A stretch of 64,000 bases of DNA from Cenococcum geophilum. Lineage: Eukaryota. The stretch spans positions 12,400,001 to 12,464,000 of the forward strand of contig CP158636.1 of NCBI GenBank assembly GCA_050273025.1. Direction: 5' to 3'. The notes below the pieces were generated by a model, which worked only from the letters and a program-made list of their open reading frames with translations, was not told the DNA's origin and did no database searches. This document shows positions 24,724 to 38,400 of the stretch, in pieces. A program made the translations under genes and the position numbers. Within the stretch, counting starts at the first letter, position 1. Each line of letters begins with the position of its first letter.

Positions 24724-26692
24724 ATAATAATAATAATAATATTCAATTACGCTGTTGCGGCTCCCGTTAGGGTCTATATAGCGGGTCTATCTGGGTATAT
24801 ATAATATATATAAAAGGGAAACCGTATTACTATCTAGAGCCGGATAAAGCCTCTTCTTCTGCTATTATATGGCCTATATAGCCTCTCTTCTAATTAGTAA
24901 CTACTAAGTACGCGTAGACGTCTCCTTAAGGCGCTATAGAAAAGCCATTTTAATGCGTACTTCTAGGTCCGTCTAGTAAGGTATATAGCTAGGCATAAGT
25001 TTCGTTTTTAGCTGCTCCGGTTATCTAGGTAGGGCGTAGGCTAGCGGCCCGTAAGGCTAGTAGTATAAAAGGTTAGTAGTAAGGAGGTAGACGTAGGACA
25101 GTGTTATAGGACCACCCTATAATACCTTATATACGCCCCCTACCAAATTCTACCAAATTCTACTATATTCTATTTTTACCGCAATATCTATAATATCTGT
25201 AATTTTCGCAGTATCCGCAGCTTCTGCCAAATTCTGCCAAATTATTAACTTTTGCTAACTTTTGCCAATTTCTACTGACTTCTGCTAACTTACTAAATTC
25301 TATTAAGTTCTACTAAGTTCTGCTAAGTTCTACTATATTACTAAGTTCTGCCAGATTCTTAAAGCACTTCTTAGCCTCCTTTCTTCGCCCTAGTTAGCTC
25401 TCTAGCTGGTAATATGTATAGTAGGAGATCTATCTATATAAACTAGTTTATAACCGCCTTAGTAGCCTTCGGCTTAGCTAGGAGCTCCCTATATAAGGAC
25501 GTTCCGGTACGGTCTAGGATATATTTGTATTGTAGAGCTATAAGAGTTATATATAAAGTAGAGTTACAGAGGCCCTCTTACTAGGGCCCTTTACTATAGT
25601 TTTCTACTTTAGACGCCCCTTAGACGCCTATCTACTTCCATAGCAGCCAGCCGGCTAAAACTAACTACTGCCTATATATACCTAATTTGCTCTATAAGCC
25701 TATCCTTACAGCCTACCCCTACCTAGATAGACCGATACACGCGTCTGTCCTTTTAGGCTATATAGATAGTGTCGTCAATAAGGTGTTAATCCTTCCTCTA
25801 AAATAGGTCCACTAGGAGTTAGAGCCTAGTAAAGGGGTAAGGTTCCTAAAGTCGTCCGTCACTGCCATTATATACCACACCCTATAGCCGTTACTAACTG
25901 CTTCGCGTTACCTATAACGCTCTTACAACTATAGACTGACCGTGTCTTATAGATATAGGCCTATAATAACTCAACTCTACGTAGCTATCGTCCCCTAGCT
26001 ATCTATTAACTAAACTTATTATTATTACGCCTTAACTAATACCTATTTATCTTTATCCGTTCCTTAACCTCCACTAGGTTCGTTCCTAGCTCTTCTCTAA
26101 GTTTAAGGCCCATTAGGCTAACCGAGTTGCTAGAGAGTCTAAGGCCTATACCTTACGGCTAATCTAAGTCGCCCCTAAGTCTAAGGCCTACGCCTAACTA
26201 ACTAACGCGGTTAAAAAAGTGTAAGGATTAACGCCGCCGATATTAATAGAGGATTAGCGTCATCTAATACGGTTAATGGTGTCGAGATTCTTCCTATACC
26301 CTTACTGCCATAGTAGTCTTAGAGCGGAATAAGTATAGAGGTGCCCTATTGTCCCCTTAGACCTATTACTTCTACTAGTAAATATAAGCGCTAGCTTATA
26401 ACCCTAGATCGGTAGCCTAGGTAAAGAGACGTTAGGTAGTTTTTAAAACTATTCCTCTATTTATAGTTATCTTTGGTAATATTTAGGTCTTGGCATGCTA
26501 AGACCTGCGAAAACTCTGCTGTTCTAACGGCGTCAAGGACTAAGCATTTAAAAGCGCCCTCTAGCCATAACGTAACGCCGCTGCATTAGTAACAGACGAG
26601 ATCCTCACTCTTAGCTTAACCGTGTAGACAAGATAAGACGGAAAGGAACCCCTATAGGACAGTATGGGTCAGATCTTGCTTTTGGTGTTCCT
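24724..26692 (-). mobile_element. Bipartite non-autonomous non-LTR retroposon (LINE 3' end + 1.2 kb unrelated 5' part)
   Basis: (ATT)n tail. 24724-25513 is colinear with 35462-36248. TSD TAATCTATAGTT(ATA) at 24709-24723 and 26693-26707; removing the insert restores the Helitron frame. Confidence 0.85.
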
Positions 26693-27785
26693 TAATCTAT
26701 AGTTATAGTCTGTCCGCTTACTAGGGGGAGCTATATTTAAAATAGATAACCGCTAAGTTATTCTATACTGCCTATATCTAACTATAAAGTATTATGCGTA
26801 TATAAATATTTAGGTCTACGCCTTTATGCGGTCCGTTAAGTATATCTATAAGTATATATATAAGGGGAACGACCGTACCACTTTACAGCTTATAGATGGT
26901 AAAAAGATAAGCTAGTATTTATAGGGCCGTTATATTGGCCCCTTTAAGGCTATCTAGCGGCTATTTAAGCTTTCTATTTATAAGGAGTTCCCCCTTATAA
27001 CCTAGCTTACGGTATATCTTTTAGGTAAGCAGTCCGTGTACTTTTAGCCTAATTAGTCCGCTAATAAAATTTAGCAGCGCCTTAAGCTCTCTCGCTCTAT
27101 ACTAATGGCCTTCTTTAAGTATAATGCGGGGTATAAGGACGGCTATAACGGCCTATATTAAGACTTCCCTAAGTAGTATACTTTTATTTTAAAGTAATAA
27201 GAGTAGCGTTTACGCTAATAAGGCTTTATAATAAGCCGTATATATTATTATAGCCCTATTACAGGCGAGAGGTTCTACTTATAGCTACTACTAATATCCG
27301 TTCCCGGCCCTACCTCCTTTAAAAACCTCCGTACTATTGCTAGTATAGTTTATCTAACCTTCTAGGCCGTCTATATGGCCCTTAGGCTACTAGAGAATAA
27401 TTATAAGTAGATTAATTACTTAATAAAGGCCGCTATTTTTACTATTAGCGCCTAGCTACGCTTCTTATTTATAACCGCTTTACTTTACAGCCCTATTATG
27501 GAGCCAGTTACTTTATAGGACCGCTTTAAATAGTCTATTTATAATAATCTACCTTGCTTTCTAGCCCACTAACCTAATACTCCTCCTACTATCGCTAAGG
27601 ATAATAACGCCTATTTTAATTATCGCCTATACCTTATTTATTAGATACTTACAAATTAGCAGAAAACGCTTATAGACTATAGCCTGCCCTAGTTTTAGCA
27701 CTAGTGGGCTGTTATTACGGAGGGAAGTAACCCACTTTTTATAGTCGAGTTACTATAATATGACCCTATAGAGGAAGGACGCTAG

Positions 27786-30700
27786 TTTTTTTGTTTTTTT
27801 TTAATATCCGTTGTATTATACTACGTAAAATACTGCGCATGCAGCCTCTAGGCTATGGCGCTATAGTTCTATATATATAAATCCTTTCTAGGCAGCTTAA
27901 TATATACTAGTAGCTATATCCTAATAGTTTATAAACCCCTAAGGGTTTATAGCTCCTTAGTAAGATACTAAGTTACTACAACTACTAGGGAATGAGAAAA
28001 TGGTAGGAAAAACTATAGGAAATCCTAACACCTATCCCTATCCTTTTATAATTTGCTTCTATCTCTTACTCTCTAATATTGTTTTATTAAAGGCCTAATA
28101 GGCTTCTAGGATCTTGTTTTTATTCTTCTATAAAATCTTCTAAGCTAGTATCTACCAGTTTAGCTGCTTTAAGAGTCTTACAGTCTTTGCTATTAGTAAA
28201 GTATTTTCCCTTACAATTAATGCAAAGAGGGGTAGTGTGCTTGCAAGCCTTGCCCATTATTAAACAGGTAGGACAGCAGTGGTCTTTAGATAAATATGCA
28301 GCCGCATAAAATCTGTAGGCCCTAGTAGAGCATCTATCTCCTATATAGCCAAATTTTTAGCAGCTAGTATACTGCGTAGTAGGAGAGACTTCTAGGTATT
28401 TTACTACCTTAGTAGCTGTACCCGCAATTAGAATCTCTTTTTGTTTAAGGATTTCTTATCTTTTCTCCTTATTCTTTATAGTAAAGACTATAGAACCAAA
28501 TCTGGTCTGTAGATTATATCTTTTTTTACTAAATAAGATCTATCTAGGTAGTCCTTATATCCCTATAGGATTAAAAGTCTTAATTTCTTCTTTTAGAAGC
28601 TTAGAGCCTCCTTTTTTTTAGGAAAGGTAAGGTAGGAACCCTATGGGCTATAATTTAAACCCAAGGTTCTAGTTTTTATTCTCTTTAAAAGGTAAAGCAG
28701 TTATGCCCTATTTCCTTATATTTAACTAAGAAATCTATATTATACTCTTTTATAGTTATAAGAAGGATATTTTATTTTCCTTTCGTTCTACCTATAAACC
28801 CTAAAACTGGCTTTTTTACTTATAGTTTTAATGTAAATAGTTAATAGACTTTGTTTCGTAAGCCCTTTATAAGCCTGTATTAGGCTTTCTAGGGCCTTTT
28901 ATAGGTATTATTTTGGAGAAAGGGGAGGGAAAGATATACTAGGTATACCAGCCGTAAAAGTTATTAATTTTGTTATCTTTCTTGCAGGTTTTTGGTTTTC
29001 TTTTTTAGTAGAAGACTAAGGATGTCCTCTTTTTTCTCCTGTCCCAAATAGGCCAAGAGAAGGAGAAGGGGCAGAAAAAGTAAATGTAGTCGTAGACTGA
29101 TTATCACTTATTTCTATAGGAGGTTTTTTTTATACCTATTTAACTTTGGCATCTTATAGGGGGGAGTTTCCTAGTTTTTATAGTAGATAATAACCTCCTT
29201 AGGTCTCTTATCTCTTAGTCCTAGAGGTAAAAAACTGTTACGGATTAAGTATGAGCGGCGATAATATATAGCAAGGTAGATATTATTAGGCTATATACAT
29301 AAACTGTGTAAGGAGGTTAAGACGTTACATAAGGAAAGAAGGTAGGAAAACGGGAAGAAAGGGCATATATCTTTAACTTAGTTGCTTAGTTAATACGTAT
29401 ATAGGGCAGAATAGGGTTTAGGTCGTAGTCCTAGCAGAACTTAGCAGAATTTAGTAGAACTTAGCAGAATATAGCAGAATGCCGTAAATTGCCGTTAAAT
29501 TGCCATTAGATTGCCGTTAGATTGCCATTTTATAGTTAGTCTCTAATTGCTAAGTTGGTAGAAATAGGTGGACGTGTGTAAGGTGTTACAAGGGTGTCCC
29601 GTAATAGTACCCCCCCTTTAAACTTAAGCTTCTGCGAGATAGGGCTGTAGTAGTTCTAGATGGAGTTTGTAAAAGTCTTCTGCGGCTTATATAAGTCCTA
29701 TAGAGTTAACGGGTTCCTATAAGGACTTAGTAAAGCCTTTCCATTTTATAAGATATATATATTAGCGTTTCCGTTTATTATACTTAATATTATTAATTCT
29801 TTTAATAAAGTACTCGTTTTTACCATCTACTTTAACTAGTGGGGGAGGGTTCTATATCTATTTAGGCAGGGCGTCTAATACGGGGGTAGTAGGATAGAGG
29901 ACTAACATATAGAATACGGGGTAGATTTTAACCGTATTAGGGAGCTTTAATTAGTAGGAGTGAGAGGAGACAACCTTCTTAACCTTATAAGGGCTAGCGT
30001 TCTTCTAATTAAGTTTCTTAGCAGGTTGTTTTGTGTTTAGATTTCTTATATCTAGCTAGACGAAGTTACTAATTTAGTAAGCTAGTGCTAGGGTTTGTTT
30101 CTTATTCGCTACGGCTTTATAGATAGATTAGGCCCATATTATTTCGTTAGTAAGGAACTATTATAGTTCCTCTATCTTTTCTACGAATTTGTTTACTTCT
30201 ATAATTTATAAGGCTTAATAAGTGGGGCAAGGAACGTTACTAAAGGGTTTAAAACCCATTTATAGATGCTAGCCGTAGTTAGCTAGGAATAGGGAGACCT
30301 TTATAGTTTCTAAAACGGAATTATTTGCTATAAACTTGGCGAATGCAAGCCAGTTAATCTAGTTATCTTATAAGTATGATATGTATATCTAAATATACTG
30401 CTCTATTATAGCATTTACACGTTCCGTTTAACTATCCGTTTCTAGGTAGTATACTATAGATAATAGTGCTTTAATGCGAAGTTAGATAGTTAGTTTTTTT
30501 CAAAATACAGAGATAAACTAGCTGCCTTTATTAGAGATGATCGTTTTAGGGAGTCCGTGGAGTTTCTATATATAATCTAGGAATAGTTAGGCGACGGTAG
30601 GTATTAATATATTAGGGCAGGCAATTAAGTGTCTTATTTTAGATAGTCGGTCTATAACTACTATAATATTTATACAGCCTTTACTTATAGGGAGATTAAT

Positions 30701-33700
30701 AACAAAGTTAATTAAAATGTCCTTCTATCTTTGGTCTAGAGTAGGCAGTAGCTTTAGAAGGCTATTATACGTCTTATATAAAGCTTTAGCTCGCTAGTAG
30801 ATATAGTAGCTAGAGATATACCTTCGTGTTATATTATATATATTCGGCTAATAGTATTTTTATTAGAGTAGTTCTAGGGTTTTTCCTTAGCCTAGGTGGC
30901 CGGCTACTAGTAAATCGTGTACGTGTTTAAGGAGCTTAAGCTTAAGCCTATTATAATTAGGGATAACTAGACGGTTTTAGTAATATAGGCGGTTTCTGCG
31001 GGCTTTGTATTTACTTAAAGAAATCTTTCTAGAGCGTCTAATGCCATCTTGCATTAGTTTAAGCGTCTCTTAGATAAACTCGTTATTTAGGTATTTATTA
31101 ACTATAATCTATTTAATTAATTAATTAGTTATTTTAAGGACGTATACCATAAGATCTTTAGTAGGAGGGTTAAATAGTTTAGGGCGAAGTAGGGTCTGAT
31201 TTTAGTAAGAGCGCGCTTCTTCTAAGGCTGGCGCGTCTTGTAAGCGTTAGGTTAGGGTATTAGGCTTCTAACCTTAGACGCCTAGGCGGTATATAATTAA
31301 GAATTGGAAGCGTAATAGATATTCTAACTAGCGAGCCTAACGATAACTTAACTGTTTTATAGTCGTGAAGTACTGTAGGTTCTTATAGTCGCTAAGGACC
31401 TTAATTAGAAATCCAGCGCCTTCTAGTTTAGGTTGCTATTGCTTAAAGCATCTAATAATAGCTAGCAATTCTTTATTATAGATCTCGTAATTATATTTAG
31501 CAGGGCTTAGTTGCTTTAAGAAGTATGCTATAGGGTATAATACTCCTTCTTCGTTATATTAAGATAGAATACCTCTAGTAACGTAATTAGATAAGTCGGC
31601 TTCTATAACACTTATTCGTTCTAGGTTAAAGTGTTAAAGTATAGGTATAGTAGTAAACATAACCTTTAGATACATAAAGGCCTTCTTACATTCTTTATTA
31701 AAGATAAAAGCTTTATTTTTTTGGGTTAGAGTAATAAGGGGTAAAACTAGGGCGGAGAAGTTATTAATAAACTATTAGTAGAAGTTGGTAAATCCTATAA
31801 AGGCTCTTACATCCTTAACGTTCTTAGGTTCCTGCCAGTTTATAATTACTTTAACTTTCTTTAGATCTATTTATATACCGTTTATAGAAATAAGGAGTCT
31901 AAGGTATAGGACTTCCGTTTTATAGAACTCGTATTTATCTACATCTAATTATAGACTAGCTCCGTATAGGGCTTATAGAATAAGGTTAACGTATTTCTAA
32001 TATTCGGTTAGGTTATTACTATATATTAGAATGTCGTTAATATAAGCAGTACAGAAGATATCCAGGTAGGGACGTAGGGTATTATTTACGTAATATTGGA
32101 ACAAACTTAGGGCATTTGCGAGGCTGAATAGCGTTACTAAATATTTAAATAATCTATACTGAGTACGGAATATAGTAAGCCATTTATCTCCTTTTGCTAT
32201 ACGGAGGTGGTTAAATATAGAGATGATATTAAGCTTTGTATAGTAGCGAGCCTTACTTAGTCGGTTTAATGTCTCCTATATTAACGGGATCGGATATTAG
32301 TTCTTAACGGTAACGGCGTTAAGAGCTTAGTAGTCTACGTAAAAGCGTAAACCGCCGCCGGGTTTCTTAATAAAGATCACTGGTACGGCTATAGGCGACA
32401 AGCTCGCTTTAATAAATCCTTTGCTTAGGTTCTTATCTAAATACTTCTATAGTACTTAGAGTTTGTTTTGGGATATCCCGTATAGGGGTCTAAATCTAGG
32501 CTGCTTTCCGTCTTTAAGTACAATCTTATAGTCGTACGATCGGTGTTTCGGTAGCTTATCGGCTTCCTTCCATAAGAATGCCTTTAGGCGGTTATAGTAC
32601 TCTACTAGTACCTTCGTAGCAGGGTTAGTGTGCTTCTTCGGTGCTAAGGCCTTCTTAATATCAGCTATAGTGACAGTAAAAATTATATATTTAGGTTTCT
32701 TAGTAAGTTGTGCTAACGGAGTAGCTCTAATTATGCGGGTATCTAGGGTGCTAAGTTTGTTTGGATTATCTATAGTTTCTTATTTAGGTTTAGGTTCGGT
32801 ATTAGGTACGGAGTTAGTATTAGATTTAGGTTCGGGTTCTTTAAGAATCCTTTTTATAGTAGAATACTAGTCCTTCTAGTATTTTTATATATTAAGCTTA
32901 AGCTTCTACTTAGCTCGGGGCAGTATAGTGCTTAGTAATAGCTTATAGAATTTAGTGGAGTTTTTAGGTTCTTAGTGGATGTCAGTAGAATTCCTAGGTT
33001 AGTGGAATCTAGTAGATTCCTTAGGTATAGGGTAGACAGTTATAGAAATTTTAGACTAGTAGATCCTAGTAGATTTTTTAGATTTTAGTTCTTAGTCTAA
33101 GTAGCAAGTAGTAAGGTACTTCTGCTTATAATAGGAGGCGGTAAATAAAAGCTTAAGGTTGTCCTAATTAATAGTTACCTTATATAGCTTTATCTAGCGT
33201 TATTTAAGGATTACTAGGTAACCTAGGGTAGTAACGAAAAGCTTAATTAGTTCTTTATAGTTTAGGTATTAGAGTCTTAGGGCTACCACATAGGTAATAC
33301 GGCCTAAGACGGTGTGTTTACTATTAAATCTAAATACGTTAATATGCCGGTTAAGGGGGGTTAGGGTAAAACTATTATTATACATAAAGATCTTGTTAAT
33401 AAATCCTATGCCGCTAGCTCCTATATTAATTAGGATTTAAACATTAGCCTATTAACCGTTCTGCTAAAGACGACAGTTAACGGTTATGCTATAATCCTAA
33501 GAGTTAGAGTTTATAATATCTAAAGCATTTAATAAGATCCTAAGGTAAAGCCGTCCTAGAAAGCGACTTAACTTTAGGACGTACCTTTTAGTAGTAAGTA
33601 GGAAGGGGTTTCTATAGAACGTTAGTTATAGCTTCGCCCTTATAAGTGGTGCTTATTAGACACGGGGCTGGAACTAGGTAAAAATTAGGGGCGGTAACTG

Positions 33701-35460
33701 GAAGATCGATGCGGTGAACGGTTGCTAGTATTGGCCGTTTGTAAATTGTTTTAGGGTGTAGGTAAGGGGATAAGATAGTATTTTAAGATATAGTCTTTAC
33801 TTCCGCACTTAAAGTAGAGGCCTAGCTTAATGCGTCTTTCTTATTTAGGGGACCCTAGTAGGGCGTACTCTAGGGTTCTAGTATTAATATCTATAGCGTT
33901 AGGGTGCTTAGGCTAAGATAATAACTTAGTAAACGTTTATAGGGTTGCCGTATTATATTAGGGGGTAGACTTCGGTATTAGGCGTAGTATATTATTATAC
34001 CGTTTGTTAACGACGTTTATGTAGGCATTAAGGGCTCCTGGTAGGTCTATGCCTATTAGGGAGGTTTTTAGTTTAGGGCTTAGAGATTTAACGAGGCTAT
34101 TAATTAGTGCGGAGTCGTTCCAGCCTATTTCCCTTACGTAACGGTTAAATTTAGAGAAGTATACTAGGAAACTTTTCGTTCCTTAAGCTATGTGGTTTAT
34201 CTTTCTCTAGGCAATAGCTTAGTAGTTTGGGTTACTATATGAGGCTTTAAGAAGTACAACTAGGCTTTATACTAAGGTTAGCTAAAGAGGTTTAATAAGG
34301 TTAGCTGCCTTTCTTCCTAGTTAACTTAGGGCATAACAGAGTTGGTTAGCTTTGGTTAGGTAACAGTTAGCGTTACCAGTTAGCTTATTTTTAAGCTAGC
34401 TTAAAAATAATTGGAGTTTTTATTATTTACTAGTAAATACCGGGGGATCTAGTAGTCGTTTAGATCGTTTTAGTGTAGTAGTTAGTTTAAGGTGGACAGT
34501 TATTATAGGTTTAGGGCTCGCGTTCCGCGTGTTTATCTTTAGAGATAGTATTCGGTCTTAAGGCCCTAATATAGGTATCTTAAGTATACGGATTTCTTCT
34601 TAGAGGTTCTTAATTAATCGCTAGTATCATACTTCTTATTCAGCTTATTATTAATTTAGAGTAGCTTAGTTTTATATAAGGGCGTTTATAAAAGACTTCT
34701 ATATTTCTACTAGTTATTCTTAAAGTGCGGATATAATATTGGCGGCCGTTACGGAGGCTTTAGGGTTATTCTACATTTCGGAGGTAGTATATAAAGTTAA
34801 CGTAATATAGTGTCACGGAGTAAGTATAAGCGGCGATAATATATAGCAAGGTAAATATTATTAAGCTATATATATAAACTGTATAAGGAGGTTAAGACGT
34901 TATATAAGAAAAGAAGGTAGGAAAACGGGAAGAAAGGGTATATATCTTTAACTTAGTTGCTTGGTTAATATATATATAGGGCAGAATATAGCAGAATGCC
35001 GTAGATTGCCGTTAGATTGCCATTAGATTGCCATTAGATTACTATTTCGCGGTTGGTCTCTAATTGCTAAGTCAGTGGAAACAGGTAGACGTGTATAAGG
35101 TGTTACGAGGGTGTCCTATAACAAAAACTAGGCAAAAAGCCTTACTAGTTTTTACTGTCTTTTTATACCCTTTCTCCTTATTAATCTTACTAGAAGATTT
35201 CTAGGGAGATTAAGCTAAAAGGTAGTAGAAAAACTAGCTAAAAAAGACTAGTATAGTTATTTTCTTTTTCTATTAGAAGTAGAAAAAACTACTAAAAAAA
35301 AAGGACTTGTTAGGCTTTTACTGGCAGAAAAGCCCTAAAGGCAATCCTCCTCTTACTTAAAGAAAATCTAACTAAAAGAGATATAGAAAAGTACCTACAC
35401 CCCCTATTTTATTAGGCTTTTACTTTCTATAGAAGAAAACCCTAGGAAAAGTCTATATTT
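27786..35460 (-). mobile_element. ORF1-only LINE derivative with poly(A) tail, interrupted by a Gypsy element
   Basis: T-tract at 27786-27802 is a minus-strand poly(A). ORF1 Cys/His knuckles at 28180-28380 lie only ~400 bp upstream, with no RT in between. The Ser/Lys/Pro-rich N-terminal part continues at 35124-35460. Confidence 0.7.
29236..35123 (-). mobile_element. Full-length Ty3/Gypsy chromovirus, copy 1
   Basis: LTRs 34811-35123 (5') and 29236-29606 (3'). TSD AAAAC at 29231-29235 and 35124-35128. PPT complement GTACCCCCCCTTT at 29607. RT AYI(D)DIL at ~32030-32047, then RNase H, integrase and chromodomain. Confidence 0.95.
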
Positions 35461-38400
35461 TATAATAATAATAATATTTAATTACGCTGTTGCGGCTCCC
35501 GTTAGGGTCTATACAGCGGGTCTATCTGGGTATATATAATATATATAAAAGGGAAACCGTACTACTATCTAGAGCTGGATAAAACCTCTCCTTCTGCTAT
35601 TATATAGCCTATATAGCCTCTCTTTTAATTAGTAACTGCTAAGCACGCGTAAACGTCTCCTTAAGGCGCTATAAAAAAGCTATCTTAATGTATACTTCTA
35701 GGTCCGTCTGGTAAGGTATATAGCTAGGCCTAAGTTTTGTTTCTAGCTACTCCAGTTATCTAGGTAGGGCGTAAGCCAGCGGCCCGTAAGGCTAGTAGTA
35801 TAAAAGGTTAGTAGTAAGGAGGTAGACGTAGAACGGTATTATAGGACCACCCCATAACACCTTATATACGCCCCCTACTAAATTCTACTAAATTCTACTA
35901 TATTCTGTTTTTACCGTAATATCTATAATATCTGTAATTTTCGCAGTATCCGCAGCTTCTGCTAAATTCTGCTAAGTTCTGCTAGCTTGCCAAATTCTAC
36001 TAAATTCTGCTAAATTATTAACTTCTGCTAACTTCTATTAATTTCTGCTAACTTTTACTAACTTGCTAAATTTTGCTAAGTTCTGCCAGATTCTTAAAGC
36101 ACTTCTTAGCCTCCTTTCTTCGCCCTAGTTAGCTCTCTAGCTAGTAATAGGTATAGTAAGAGATTTATCTATATAAACTAGTCTATAACCGCCTTAGCAG
36201 CCTTTAGCTTAGCTAGGAGTTCCTTATATAAGGACGTTCTAGCGTAGTAATATATTTTTACCCAGCTAATAGTGTGCCTAGGGTAGAATACCACTACGTG
36301 TATTATTAATTGTTGGTTATAACCATATAGGTAGGCCAGAGTTAGGTATTCTGGTACTTTTTAGTAGTAAAGGTATTTGTTAAGCCCTATATATTCGGTT
36401 CTAAGCAGTATATTAATTATACTCTTTACCTTAGTAAGCCTTATATAGTGTTTAAAAACCGTTTTACTTTATAGCTCGGCCTAGGCCGTTATATAATAGG
36501 TAAGTGTACTTTAGTACTTTTCCTACTCCCTTTTCTACCGTTTTTTAAACGCCTCTTTTACCCTAGTCCTTCTGCTCTTTCTATACTACGCTTTAGATAG
36601 TTCCGCTAGCCGTATATCTATCTCTATAATAGCAGCTGCTATCCTCTTAAGCTTATCCCATCTAGTAGGCCGTATTAGTGGCTTTATTTTAGGCTGGAGC
36701 TAGTGGGCTATTATAGCCCGTATAGTATTACACCCCCTTTTAATATGCTCTCTTACTAGTCCTTCCTATATCCTCTCCGCGTAGGCTATAGCTAGCTCTT
36801 TAAGGTATATCTAGAGCGGCAGAAACCCCATCTTATGCTTTAGTACTACTATTAGCGTTAATTTATACGCCCCTATAATAGTATAGAGGTATAGGTTTTA
36901 TACTATACCTAGCTAGCGTAGCTTAGTTTTACTTATCTCCTTAGGCTTCGTCCACTTTAATGGCGAATACTAGGTACTATATCCGTATAAGATTGCTAGC
37001 CAGATTACGGCGGAGTATATTATCCGCGCCTTCCAAAAGGAGGCGCCCTATATAGAGGCCGTAAGCTAGGTTAGTATAGCTATTTAGGTAACCGTCTTCG
37101 CCTTAATAATATTAATATGTGGTCCCTATTTAAGCTTTAAGTTAACCTATACCCCTAATACGCGTAGGTTACTAACTAGGCCTTCTGTAAAGCCCTATAT
37201 ATTAACTAAGGCCTTTATATTAAACTTCTTATAACTCCTTATAAGGTAAATAAGGTAGTACTTTTTAGGGGTAAAGACTACCCTATGCCTGCGTGCCTAT
37301 ATTATATATACTTTATATACCCTCTTTAGGGCTCTACAGTTCTCCTCCGTGGTTTTACTATATATTAATATATTAGAGTCGTTAACGAACCTAAACGCCG
37401 TAGTAGTGCCCCTTTATAGCTCCGGTAGGAGTATATAGGTAAAAAAGAGGAATATAATTGGTAACAGCGTTAAGCCTTAGGGTATACCAGTGTTCGTCTA
37501 TATTATTTATGCTATATATCCTCTAATTAAGAGTCTCGTTGTTTAATCCTTAAGGAAGGACTTTATAAACTATACTATCTAGTAGGGCACGGCCTAGGCC
37601 TTTATATTATAGATTATTCTTTTATAGAAGACTTGGTTAAAGGCCCTAGAAATATTAAGGCTAAGTAGTAAGGCTACTAGGTTTAGGTTACTCCTCTATA
37701 CTATATACACCTATTAGGTTAGCAATTCTAGCGCTATCTATATTAAGTACTTTAGCCTTACTCCCATCTAACTAGCTAATAGTATACCCGTCTCCTTTAT
37801 AATTCTAAATAGCCGGCTTATTATTCTTTTAAGTAGCTTCCTAATGGTGTTAAGCAGCGCAATTAGCTGGTAGGCCTTTGCCGTAGTATAGGTTAGCTTC
37901 TACAGTTTCTAAAGGACTACTATAATAGAGTTTTTAAACGGCTTTAGGTAATATCTAATTGCTATATAGCTGTTAAAGAGCTTAGCTAGCACTAGGGCTA
38001 GCTACTCTCCGCACGTTTTAAGAAATTAATTAGTAATCTTTTTTAGGCCTAGGGCCTTATTAGGGGCAAGCCCCTTTAGGGCTGTAATAATATCCTCCTC
38101 TTTAACTACTTCTTTTACTGTTTGCGGCTCTAGGTATATAAAGCCTAGTATATTACTAAGGTCCGCCTCTATAGGTATTAAAAAGAAATATTTTGTAAGA
38201 ATAGTAGCCTTCTCCTTATTATTATAGTATAGGGTCTTTTCTCCTAGTTTAGTAATAGGAGGGAACTATAATAGGGCCTTGGCTTCCCGTCTGCTATATA
38301 CGCCTATTTTACTATCCTCTATACTTCTTTAGGGTTATTTATTAGCTTTTTAATAGTACGCCTCTATAGCTTATTAGCCTTTTATTAGATTACCCTTTTC

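Larger units (their letters stand above)
17039..27785 (+). mobile_element. Helitron Rep/helicase ORF relic (5'-truncated, broken before the PIF1 helicase), split by two insertions
   Basis: De-RIPed motifs: YMPLHYVLLFPHGDTGW (17460-17520), VILPSSF, LFITFTANPKW, DRPDL, IEYQKRGLPHLHLL (HUH, 24380-24425), HGPCG, DNRWVIPY, KYIHKYIYKG, GERFYLRLLL. Coding pieces 17039-17665, 23959-24720 and 26693-27785. Confidence 0.9.

Noticed and set aside
26570..26692. Possible HDV-like or hammerhead ribozyme at the 5' end of the chimeric retroposon (CTAATGCAGCG resembles J4/2-P2)
   Set aside because: Only 9 nt lie between the candidate P2 and P1 strands, where 13 are needed for P3-L3-P3, and no CUGANGA core was found. 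Not supportable without a de-RIPed consensus.
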